From: Candidatus Hermodarchaeota archaeon
GTDB taxonomy: Archaea > Asgardarchaeota > Heimdallarchaeia > Hodarchaeales > Hodarchaeaceae
Direction: 5' to 3'
DNA: 32,000 nt
Assembly: GCA_048886185.1 (NCBI GenBank)
Contig: JBHLKY010000031.1
Span: forward strand, 7,886 to 39,885
Each line of letters opens with the position of its first letter. The first letter of the stretch is position 1. This document shows positions 17,801 to 24,764 of the stretch, piece by piece. The notes beneath the pieces were generated by a model. It did not search any database and was not told the origin of the DNA. It saw nothing but the letters and a program-made list of their open reading frames with translations. Made by a program: the position numbers and the translations under genes.

Positions 17801-20336
17801 CTACCCGAATATGGAGCCAAGTGTCTTTTGGAAAGACATTAGTTGCAATGGTAGTTTTAGTTGTATATGGTCCATGGTATAAAGCCTTATCCTCAATTCC
17901 AAATTCGATATTGCCACCAGATCCAAGGAGTTTGAACTTAGTTGCATCCAATCCACTATCAGAGTCTTTGTGAAACCAAAATTCGACTGTTCCAATGGTT
18001 GCACTTGATGCGAAATTCTTAGTCATGCCGACTCTATCTTTCCCAAAAGTACCTCTATCTTTCCTCAATTCTACAACATTCTTGTGGCCATAGAATTCTT
18101 CAAGAACTCTCAATTTGCCATATTGTCCTGGATAATATACGCTCCATCCAGACGGAGGATGCCCTGAAATTGTTATATCTGAATAGGGAACACCAACATC
18201 ATCTTCAAAGCCATAAGAGGCTGGATAGTAACCACTCATTGGAGCTGAATAGATTTTATCCTCAGGTGAAATAAGATTAATAGTTTGATTAACAACAGTC
18301 ACAGCTGGTTCTTGTTCTACACATTTTCTAACGAATACCCAATCGACCTGAATACTGGGGGGAGCTAGACCATCATAAGCACAATCATGGTAAGTGCGTG
18401 CTCGTAAAGCTCGACCTACACTCCCAACTGTATCCACAGACCTAACTGCACCACTACACCCCCAACCAGGGCCATAATATGTTGCGTGGGTCAAAATTCT
18501 TATCCCTAGAGGCATATCAGGAATACATGTGCTATTAGTGTGAGTAATAATTGAAGTACCGTTATTATACTGAACTAAAGAATCAGATATCCACCGAATA
18601 TCCCTTGTATCCCAAGTTCGCATGGCAAGAGCATTATCTACTACGAGACTTGCAGTCGCAGCTTTAGTTTGTATCTGATGTCCACGACCTAATGAACCAA
18701 AATTAATGGAATTATTCGTATATGCATTATAAGGGGCTGGAGGTTTAGTTAGGTAAAAATCATTGAAGCCTATTACAGCACCTCCATTTCGTTCATTAAC
18801 ATCATCTATATATGTAGTGACTGTTAATACCCCTCCTGAAACAATTGTTGAACTGTATTGATCATTATCGGTTATCCATTTGCTTGTATTCACAGTAGAT
18901 CCTTCAAAATCATCAAAGAAAATGAACGTGTCATCTCCATCACTTTCAGACGAAGCAGATGGATTACCATAATACATATACAACGAAGAGGTACCTGGTG
19001 AAGGGATCTTAACCCAAATCATTGATACTCCTGTAGGATTCCACGTTTCAATCCAATAACTTAAGGGATTGGTATATATATCATAGAAACGGAGATCACG
19101 CCCATCAAAGTTAGCGAGTGAATAGTCGAAATTATTGGGATTAAGATTTACTTTAATTTGATAATCAGCTTCAGGAGTCGCTGGATCTACCCTGATAAGG
19201 CTTACATGGATGTTATCAACTCTTGCTAATGGTTCTTGTTCTACACATTTTCTAACGAATACCCAATCGACCTGAATACTGGGGGGAGCTAGACCATCAT
19301 AAGCACAATCATGGTAAGTGCGTGCTCGTAAAGCTCGACCTACACTCCCAACTGTATCCACAGACCTAACTGCACCACTACACCCCCAACCAGGGCCATA
19401 ATATGTTGCGTGGGTCAAAATTCTTATCCCTAGAGGCATATCAGGAATACATGTGCTATTAGTGTGAGTAATAATTGAAGTACCGTTATTATACTGAACT
19501 AAAGAATCAGATATCCACCGAATATCCCTTGTATCCCAAGTTCGCATGGCAAGAGCATTATCTACTACGAGACTTGCAGTCGCAGCTTTAGTTTGTATCT
19601 GATGTCCACGACCTAATGAACCAAAATTAATGGAATTATTCGTATATGCATTATAAGGGGCTGGAGGTTTAGTTAGGTAAAAATCATTGAAGCCTATTAC
19701 AGCACCTCCATTTCGTTCATTAACATCATCTATATATGTAGTGACTGTTAATACCCCTCCTGAAACAATTGTTGAACTGTATTGATCATTATCGGTTGTC
19801 CATTTGCTTGTATTCACAGCAGATCCTTCAAAATCATCAAAGAAAATGAATGTGGCATCTCCATCACTTTCAGACATAGCAGTAGGATTCCCATAATACA
19901 TGTGGATCGTGGATGTACCTACATTAGGCACCTTGACCCAAATTATCGATTTTCCAGCAGGATTCCAACTTTCAATCCAGTAACTTAAAGGAGTATTTAA
20001 CGGGTCATAAAAGCGTAGATCACTCCCATCTGGTTTAGCTTTGGAATAATTAAAACTATAAGGATTAAGTATGACCTTAACTTGGTAGTTTGGTTCAGGA
20101 GTAACAGGATCTAATGTTAAATTACTCTCATAACTCCATCCCAAGGGGATATCAGTGATGCTTGCTAAAATATTGTCCTCATGTCTATCATTAGGTGTAA
20201 GATTAATCAGAGTGTTGTTACCTACATTCTCTAAATATATGTTAATACTCAATGTTCCAGAGTAAACAAATAGCACAATTATCCCTATAACAATACTATA
20301 CCTTAGAACAACTTTTCTTGGTTTTATCCAATTCAT
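14871..20336 (-). CDS. giant secreted/surface protein (1821 aa): 2x DUF2341 + beta-sandwich repeat, two inserted lectin/LamG-like cassettes, ~6 Ig-like repeats, PGF-type C-terminal anchor
   Basis: Two DUF2341 signatures (DGxDLRFYD...LSYWIExWNP...IWVKxP...MYYGNP...DGDxTFIFFDDFEG). Ends APGF + hydrophobic + RRRKRK. Many NxS/T sequons. Confidence 0.92.
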   Translation of the reverse strand: MNWIKPRKVVLRYSIVIGIIVLFVYSGTLSINIYLENVGNNTLINLTPNDRHEDNILASITDIPLGWSYESNLTLDPVTPEPNYQVKVILNPYSFNYSKAKPDGSDLRFYDPLNTPLSYWIESWNPAGKSIIWVKVPNVGTSTIHMYYGNPTAMSESDGDATFIFFDDFEGSAVNTSKWTTDNDQYSSTIVSGGVLTVTTYIDDVNERNGGAVIGFNDFYLTKPPAPYNAYTNNSINFGSLGRGHQIQTKAATASLVVDNALAMRTWDTRDIRWISDSLVQYNNGTSIITHTNSTCIPDMPLGIRILTHATYYGPGWGCSGAVRSVDTVGSVGRALRARTYHDCAYDGLAPPSIQVDWVFVRKCVEQEPLARVDNIHVSLIRVDPATPEADYQIKVNLNPNNFDYSLANFDGRDLRFYDIYTNPLSYWIETWNPTGVSMIWVKIPSPGTSSLYMYYGNPSASSESDGDDTFIFFDDFEGSTVNTSKWITDNDQYSSTIVSGGVLTVTTYIDDVNERNGGAVIGFNDFYLTKPPAPYNAYTNNSINFGSLGRGHQIQTKAATASLVVDNALAMRTWDTRDIRWISDSLVQYNNGTSIITHTNSTCIPDMPLGIRILTHATYYGPGWGCSGAVRSVDTVGSVGRALRARTYHDCAYDGLAPPSIQVDWVFVRKCVEQEPAVTVVNQTINLISPEDKIYSAPMSGYYPASYGFEDDVGVPYSDITISGHPPSGWSVYYPGQYGKLRVLEEFYGHKNVVELRKDRGTFGKDRVGMTKNFASSATIGTVEFWFHKDSDSGLDATKFKLLGSGGNIEFGIEDKALYHGPYTTKTTIATNVFPKDTWLHIRVDFDITQGGWQIQLNNTWYGSGYAFLFEGSPIDIYGFDLRSHGIEFQSGNPLHDFYLDALGYSWDPCYNIGDNLKEGLLLDFEPPTKSRTDWAGYYPASEGFEDVSVGTEPDNWGWWQGGSIQPTSVDIQVLNSKTDAYGNFHSKVLYCKDNDAGPILVADGFFNNVITSGTLEFWVLHEAPGTNWRVSWGLLKAASPYDYTVRVADEYNEFEYFDGNTSIDTGITFSENKWYRLSIDFSDDGTYAGLAPHHYRVRLYDSDGSTLIYESPDAEFQYHGSSSGIHVSTGDSVQSNLYFDAFGYSWDPNYNIGDNRFEAVNEGSEPADLSWIGYSLDNSSYIPIEGKTSIVLPATGSHTIQLYITDILDNWYTSEQRSFFCLLSVPSITSPSDFSIFHGDTGYSILWSVTDLFPANYSVYRNGTIYRTGSWTNYVLVWLDGLEEGVHNFTCVVENAYGRTSSDEVWIRVLPSAPDTTPPSISSPNDVSFEEGSIGYSIIWTGSDDRTPWWASVRKNMTLIYDKAWIGNDIVISLDGVATGLYKYNCTLFDEAGNSVYDVVWVNVTEAVPDTESPVNMPPGSLEFEKGTTGHILHWICLDNHPFAYTILINDTEELFNPWHGENISYSVDHLPIGTWNVTLTLYDLASNTASSSVIVTVNPEAPDVTPPTVSQPAKSIIAENTAGTIIWEVDDKYPDRYMITRNGSIIYEKSSWVSGIIQYHYTSLPLGTWEFILTVWDVAGHSASGIAIVEVIPTGEADTFPPTISQIQDVVFTYGTLNNYIIAYLFDVHPQGYLISIGTDTIIVEHTWTSPNIKVEFCLDGLVVGNYNIIIIAWDTFGNNASRSVSVTVQGDTDPPILVHLPDITVEENINITLTWQVTDETPSHYELIMLPNGDIEQSGSWSGTSIEIVITALPLDTYQYRLIVYDMSGNYAIDDFTLIVVPKTGRAPGFELTTTAIFILFFTKFRSYFNLRRRKRK
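16866..18233 (-). repeat. two tandem ~216-220 aa cassettes with conserved ends (GYYPAS[YE]GFED ... DA[LF]GYSWDPxYNIGDN) and divergent interiors
   Basis: Cassette 1 is 17586-18233, cassette 2 is 16866-17525, with a 20-aa linker. End motifs read directly from the translation. Confidence 0.8.
18306..19797. repeat. intragenic direct repeat: 18306-18873 is identical to 19230-19797 (568 bp, period 924 bp = 308 aa)
   Basis: Base-by-base comparison by eye found no mismatch over 568 bp. Scattered mismatches continue to ~18950/19874, then the DUF2341 halves diverge clearly. Confidence 0.95.
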
Positions 20337-20470
20337 GGTTTCTGACTCCCACTTTTAACATGATAAATTCCCTATATGGAATTTAATTTCTATAATGACT
20401 AAATTTCAGGTGTGTGAGGATGTACATGCTTATAGATTCATTGTATTAGCTCTACCACCCTGATCTATTC

Positions 20471-20533
20471 TGCATCGGTTAAGTCATCAAAAATCTGTAT
20501 ATGATCATGAATTATTTATTTATTTTCGCTGTA
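20471..20533. repeat. 63-bp direct repeat, left copy (partner 24434-24496)
   Basis: TGCATCGGTTAAGTCATCAAAAATCTGTATATGATCATGAATTATTTATTTATTTTCGCTGTA; 57/63 identical to the right copy. Confidence 0.9.
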
Positions 20534-20640
20534 CTACCAGGGTCATATTATATTTTTCTTAATTAAAAAAGAAATAAAAGAAATAAATGGCTAGAATCCA
20601 ACAGTAATTCTACAAAAATCTTTTTATTTTATTTACCTAA

Positions 20641-20856
20641 TCGTGCAATGTAGAGGAGAATTTTAAATTAAGCTCAGCAAAGTTTCACAGGACATTAACG
20701 TTAGTAATTTCAACCTTTTTTCTTGGGTTATCATTTAATTGGATTGCCTATCAAACCAAGTCCATAAGGTGGGCTGTTGTTATCCATGTTTTAATTTCAT
20801 TTTTTGCTTTCGGAAAACCCCATATTACTATTCTCTATGATTTATTATTTGCTTAA
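20641..20856 (+). pseudogene. C-terminal remnant of a CPBP family protease
   Basis: Start-less frame ...AKFHRTLTLVISTFFLGLSFNWIAYQTKSIRWAVVIHVLISFF... resembles CPBP motifs 2-4 (FxxxH; G..F.W....TKSIW..I..H). The EExxxR region is absent. Confidence 0.6.
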
Positions 20857-20889
20857 ATTAAGGATACCGATACTTCTATGTAAAATGTG

Positions 20890-20906
20890 TTACTTAACCA
20901 ACGCTA
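20890..20906 (+). repeat. 17-bp dispersed motif, copy 4 (TTACTTAACCAACGCTA)
   Basis: 34 bp after the CPBP-remnant stop; followed by AATTTTTATA as in copy 1. Confidence 0.6.
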
Positions 20907-21065
20907 TTTGCATAATTTTTATATGAAAAAACAGACAAGAAAGTATATATGTCCTAACAGGGAAAGAGCTTCCGAAGAGGACTAATACATGATTAGTAAA
21001 TATTTAAATATTAGGTTTAACAACCCCGTTATGCAACATTGACTTTCAATGACCACTCTCCTTAA

Positions 21066-21435
21066 AATTCTATAAACTATAAAGGGAACTTAATACAAGA
21101 GAAAGGTTTTGACTGGTGTGAACCTGTTTTTCAAATTCAGAACCTTTTTATTTGTGATGAAAATGAAGATTTAAACTTGATCCTTTTCATTCAGATTGCT
21201 ACAAATCCAACTTCGGGATTAAAAGCTTCAACGTCAGTCTACTTTAACATTTACCATGAAATTATTTAGTGTGATTTATCAAGTCCTAATTTCTTTTATG
21301 TATGAGATCTCAATTAAATATGGAATAATCGATAAAACTCCTGTTCTTGTCATTGATAGAGTATTAACATGGCTGAATAATAACAGTTTCTATGAAAAAA
21401 TCGCTGAACTAATAGGAAATGATTTCCATTCTTAA
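21066..21435 (+). pseudogene. possible decayed thioredoxin-fold gene
   Basis: Two overlapping frames: ...KGFDWCEPVFQIQ... (WCxP-like) and 21256-21435 ...KYGIIDKTPVLVIDRV... (like YGxxxTPALVIDG). Resemblance only. Confidence 0.25.
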
Positions 21436-21509
21436 AAAGGGGTCTTATTACGGAATTAGTAATCCACTCGTGTTGATTGGGGTCTGTTTTAGTTTTTAGA
21501 AATGATCTT

Positions 21510-21790
21510 TTTTTTGGCAGGTATACTGTTTGGCCCCTGGTTGAAGAATTAGGAATTATTTTGATGCAGATCTAACACAGCTTTTTGTCTGAGAAATGGA
21601 GAGATGAAAGTGGCAGAGCGTTTCTATTCATCCAAAGCTTTGAACCATCAGAAGAGGAAGAGGAAGCATTTTGAGATTCGAGATCCAAGCAATCATCATT
21701 AAGACCATCCTTTGGTATTCCCTCTTGGGGGTTTTGATTGGCGGATTAGATGTAGGAATATTATTCTTAGTAGACCCCTCTTTCCTTTAA
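21510..21790 (+). pseudogene. possible decayed C-terminus of a surface protein (acidic linker + PSFG + TM)
   Basis: Interrupted frames: WRDESGR...EPSEEEEEAF*DSRSKQSSLRPSFGI, then a shift to SLLGVLIGGLDVGILFLV. Confidence 0.25.
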
Positions 21791-21893
21791 TCACTCCTGA
21801 TTCCCCTTGAAAAATAAAAAAAGATTAGAGAAACTCTCTAATCGCATTGGCCTCTATTATGAAGTGTATATAACGCTCTTAAATAGATATAAG

Positions 21894-22715
21894 TCAAGTA
21901 AGATCCGCTTCTATACCAATCCAGTTCATATCACCCGAGGGAGAACCATCACCCATGATATAAGTATGTGTCATTCGAGTATAATAACTCCAGAAAAAGT
22001 AGTACTTGAAGTATATTATGACTTTAAATCTTACCTTCTCAATGTAAAGCCAATTTTGTTGCCAGCGTCCTCCACCAAAATCCTCATACCAGTACTTGCC
22101 ATTGTCATACAATCTAGCCATATCATTATCCACTGCTAATTTAAAGAGAGCAGTAAATCTGTGGTCTTCATCGCTATTAGAACTTCTAAACCAACCAATG
22201 TAACGATAATCTCCGCTGACAGAATTCTTAGAAGCCTCCGAAGCTGTTGGGTCACCTGTGCAGCTCCAACTAAAACTGTAACCATATACCGTATATCCTG
22301 CAGTCCATGTCCATTGACGTGTCCCTGAAGCCTCATATTCATACGACCCCCATTTTATCATATTCTCTGGGATTGGATCCCAATAATAATGGGTCCAAGT
22401 TTGCGGGGGTTGCCCTGGATAGTCGACATACCTCATTTTATGGCGATAATATGCAGTGACATACACTTTCACCTCGAAACGATCTTCTTCATTTGCGTAG
22501 ACGGTCAAACCATATGACGTAGTCCCACCCTGTGCGTCATCTACATACACTACATCTGCTTGGCACCAGACCTTGGAGTTACTAATTCCAGAACCTAGGG
22601 TCTCAAACCCATATCGTTCGATGTATCCTAGTGCTGGTGTGATCTGTCCAAAGAAAAAAATGAAAGAAATCAATGCAGTGCACAATATCAATTTGATTCT
22701 TCGCTCCAAAATCAT
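21894..22715 (-). CDS. secreted hypothetical protein, Tyr/Trp/Gly-rich, no recognised domain
   Basis: GGAGG directly before the ATG; signal peptide (RRIKLILCTALISFIFFFGQITPALG); uninterrupted 273 codons. Confidence 0.85.
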   Translation of the reverse strand: MILERRIKLILCTALISFIFFFGQITPALGYIERYGFETLGSGISNSKVWCQADVVYVDDAQGGTTSYGLTVYANEEDRFEVKVYVTAYYRHKMRYVDYPGQPPQTWTHYYWDPIPENMIKWGSYEYEASGTRQWTWTAGYTVYGYSFSWSCTGDPTASEASKNSVSGDYRYIGWFRSSNSDEDHRFTALFKLAVDNDMARLYDNGKYWYEDFGGGRWQQNWLYIEKVRFKVIIYFKYYFFWSYYTRMTHTYIMGDGSPSGDMNWIGIEADLT

Positions 22716-22773
22716 TCCTCCTTTTGATATCCCTATTTATAGGGTAATTTGGAGTTCTTCGTGATTACTCTTA

Positions 22774-22795
22774 ACTTTTGAGGACTCTCAAAAGT
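22774..22795. promoter_or_regulatory. 9-4-9 inverted repeat, candidate operator
   Basis: ACTTTTGAG-GACT-CTCAAAAGT, ~60 bp upstream of the secreted-protein start, in the region divergent from the XRE regulator. Confidence 0.4.
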
Positions 22796-22851
22796 GCAAA
22801 TTACATGGAAAAAAATGTATTTTTTTTTACTCTAACGATATATAAAAACAT

Positions 22852-22868
22852 TAACTTACCCAACGCTA
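22852..22868 (+). repeat. 17-bp dispersed motif, copy 5 (TAACTTACCCAACGCTA)
   Basis: Same consensus, followed by AATTTTTA; sits immediately 5' of a start-less gene fragment. Confidence 0.6.
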
Positions 22869-22877
22869 TGTGAATAA

Positions 22878-23003
22878 TTTTTACTAATACTTTTTCTCAA
22901 TACTTATTCGAATTTTAAAGCGATTGAAATTCTTGTTATTATTGGAGGAGTATTTTATGCAGTAGCAGCAGCCATTTATCTCATTCAGAATAAAGTCAGG
23001 TGA
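22878..23003 (+). pseudogene. 5'-truncated small membrane-protein gene coupled to the XRE regulator
   Basis: FLLILFLNTYSNFKAIEILVIIGGVFYAVAAAIYLIQNKVR*. Its TGA overlaps the GTG of the next gene (GTGA 23000-23003). No start codon after the in-frame TAA at 22875. Confidence 0.45.
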
Positions 23004-23212
23004 CTATCACGAAAAACAGATTAAAGGAATTATGTGTAAAACACGATATGACACAGGAGAATCTTGCAATAAAACTTAGTATCACCAGACGAACTATCAT
23101 TGCTATTGAAAAGGAAAGATATAATCCTTCTCTTACTCTTGCTTTCAAAATGGCTATGTTTTTCGAATGTTCTATTGAGGAGATCTTCTTATATGATAAT
23201 CCTAAGACGTGA
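23000..23212 (+). CDS. XRE/Cro-family helix-turn-helix transcriptional regulator
   Basis: KNRLKEL...MTQENLAIKLSITRRTIIAIEKERYNPSLTLAFKMAMFFECSIEEIF. Confidence 0.93.
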   Translation: MTITKNRLKELCVKHDMTQENLAIKLSITRRTIIAIEKERYNPSLTLAFKMAMFFECSIEEIFLYDNPKT

Positions 23213-23282
23213 TTCTAAAAATTACCTTAAACTCTAACTTGGTATGAACAACCTGATTAAGATTAATAAGGAAGCATGTTCA

Positions 23283-24080
23283 TTATTTACCGTTTATTTT
23301 TATTTTTTTCCAGAATTTATACCATTTGACAATTGTATTATCATGAATGAAAACACCAAAATCCCCAAGAGGTTTAATTTCTTTGATTCTTGGGATGATT
23401 TCTTGATCTTTTTTCCCTTCGTCTAAAAATTTCATCATCCCCTTTTTAACTTCAAGGACATATTCTAGAATCGAATTCACTTCTTCATTTGTCATAATCT
23501 CTCCGTGGCCAATAATGATATAGTCAGTATTTAAAGAAACATATTCTTTCAGAGCAGAAATCCATTTTTCAGGATCACTATTACGTCCTCCCCATAGAAA
23601 ATCAGATCGTAAATTATCACCTGTTGCTAATAGTTTATGCCCAGGAGAATAAACAAAACTTGAATCAGGTGTATGGCCCCCTGTTTGCTTGACAATTACT
23701 TTGAAATCAGATTCTTGAAGACTATATTCTTCTTCAAAAGTAACATTAGGAAAAACAAGGGAGAAATTTTGAGATGGTTTACGTTTAGCTGCTTTCAACA
23801 ATTTTACCAATTGATTAGAAGCAATTATTTGACAATCAGAAAACAGTGGTAAGCTGTGAGTATGGTCACTATGAAAATGGGTTAATACTACATATTCAAT
23901 CTTATTCTTAAATAACGATTCAGCTTCTGCTCGAATCTCACTTGCTTCAGTGACATTCCTTCCACAATCAATCATAAGACTTTTTGAACCTAGGTTCAAG
24001 ATAGCAATATTTGCATGTCCAGGAAAAAGGAGAATATTTTTTGAGAGTCGGACTGACTTTAGTATCTCTTTTTGCTTCAA
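23283..24080 (-). CDS. MBL-fold metallo-hydrolase (glyoxalase II/cyclase-like)
   Basis: LMIDCG, THFHSDH (HxHxDH), GGHT, ATGD, IIGHG. Confidence 0.92.
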   Translation of the reverse strand: MKQKEILKSVRLSKNILLFPGHANIAILNLGSKSLMIDCGRNVTEASEIRAEAESLFKNKIEYVVLTHFHSDHTHSLPLFSDCQIIASNQLVKLLKAAKRKPSQNFSLVFPNVTFEEEYSLQESDFKVIVKQTGGHTPDSSFVYSPGHKLLATGDNLRSDFLWGGRNSDPEKWISALKEYVSLNTDYIIIGHGEIMTNEEVNSILEYVLEVKKGMMKFLDEGKKDQEIIPRIKEIKPLGDFGVFIHDNTIVKWYKFWKKIKINGK

Positions 24081-24433
24081 TGTATCACCTCTATTGACCT
24101 ATACTAGAAAAAAAAGTTCCTTTACTCTGATCATTGCAGGATAAGCTTTTGAGTAATTTGATTGGGGCAAGATGAGAATAAAAAAAGATTTAGATCAGCT
24201 ATTCTTTGATCATTAATCGTTTGGACATTGAATTTGAAATCCATAATGTTTACAGAACTTGAATGAAGGATCGTTTAGGTAATTACAGTTTGTATACTTG
24301 ATAATATCTTGAGCTGTCCTTAATTTGAATACAAGCACTTTTCCATTTTATTATTTGCAATACACGCCATATGATTTTTAAAGATGATATCATTGAAGAT
24401 TATAACGGATTTAGTATTTAGAAGCTTCGATCT

Positions 24434-24496
24434 TGCATCGATTAAGTCATCAAAAATCTTTAATTGATTATGAATTATTTATTTATTTTTGCTGTA
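24434..24496. repeat. 63-bp direct repeat, right copy; overlaps the last codons and stop of the 24483..24755 gene
   Basis: TGCATCGATTAAGTCATCAAAAATCTTTAATTGATTATGAATTATTTATTTATTTTTGCTGTA; 57/63 identical to 20471-20533. Confidence 0.9.
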
Positions 24497-24755
24497 GTTT
24501 TTGCAGTAGTTTTTGGATTTTTCTTTCAAGGACAAAAACTGGGGTGACCTCGCCATTGATCACAACAGTTCGCCCACCCACTCCAAGCTCGTGTGCCCGA
24601 GGAGAATCTGAGGTCAGACTCACAATTTCAAGCTGGTCTTTATATTTTATAAGAATATCCCAGACCTTTCCAATCCACACAGCAAATGAACAGCCACAAG
24701 CTCCTGCTGGAGAGAACACTTCAACTTTGGGACCAGTCATTTTAATCTCATTCAT
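24483..24755 (-). CDS. small thioredoxin-fold-like protein with a CGC motif
   Basis: KVEVFSPAGACGCSF...ELGVGGRTVVING: glutaredoxin/ArsD-like layout. Last gene of the ars operon (9-bp gap to the previous gene). Confidence 0.75.
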   Translation of the reverse strand: MNEIKMTGPKVEVFSPAGACGCSFAVWIGKVWDILIKYKDQLEIVSLTSDSPRAHELGVGGRTVVINGEVTPVFVLERKIQKLLQKLQQK

Positions 24756-24764
24756 TTGATTGGT

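Noticed and set aside
18306-19797. Diversity-generating retroelement TR/VR pair
   Set aside because: The copies are identical rather than differing at adenines, both are in-frame coding, and no reverse transcriptase is present.
20952-21034. attC-like TCCTAAC ... GTTATGC
   Set aside because: The outer ~10 bp pair imperfectly, but the L-box region does not; the inner hairpins are short and AT-only.
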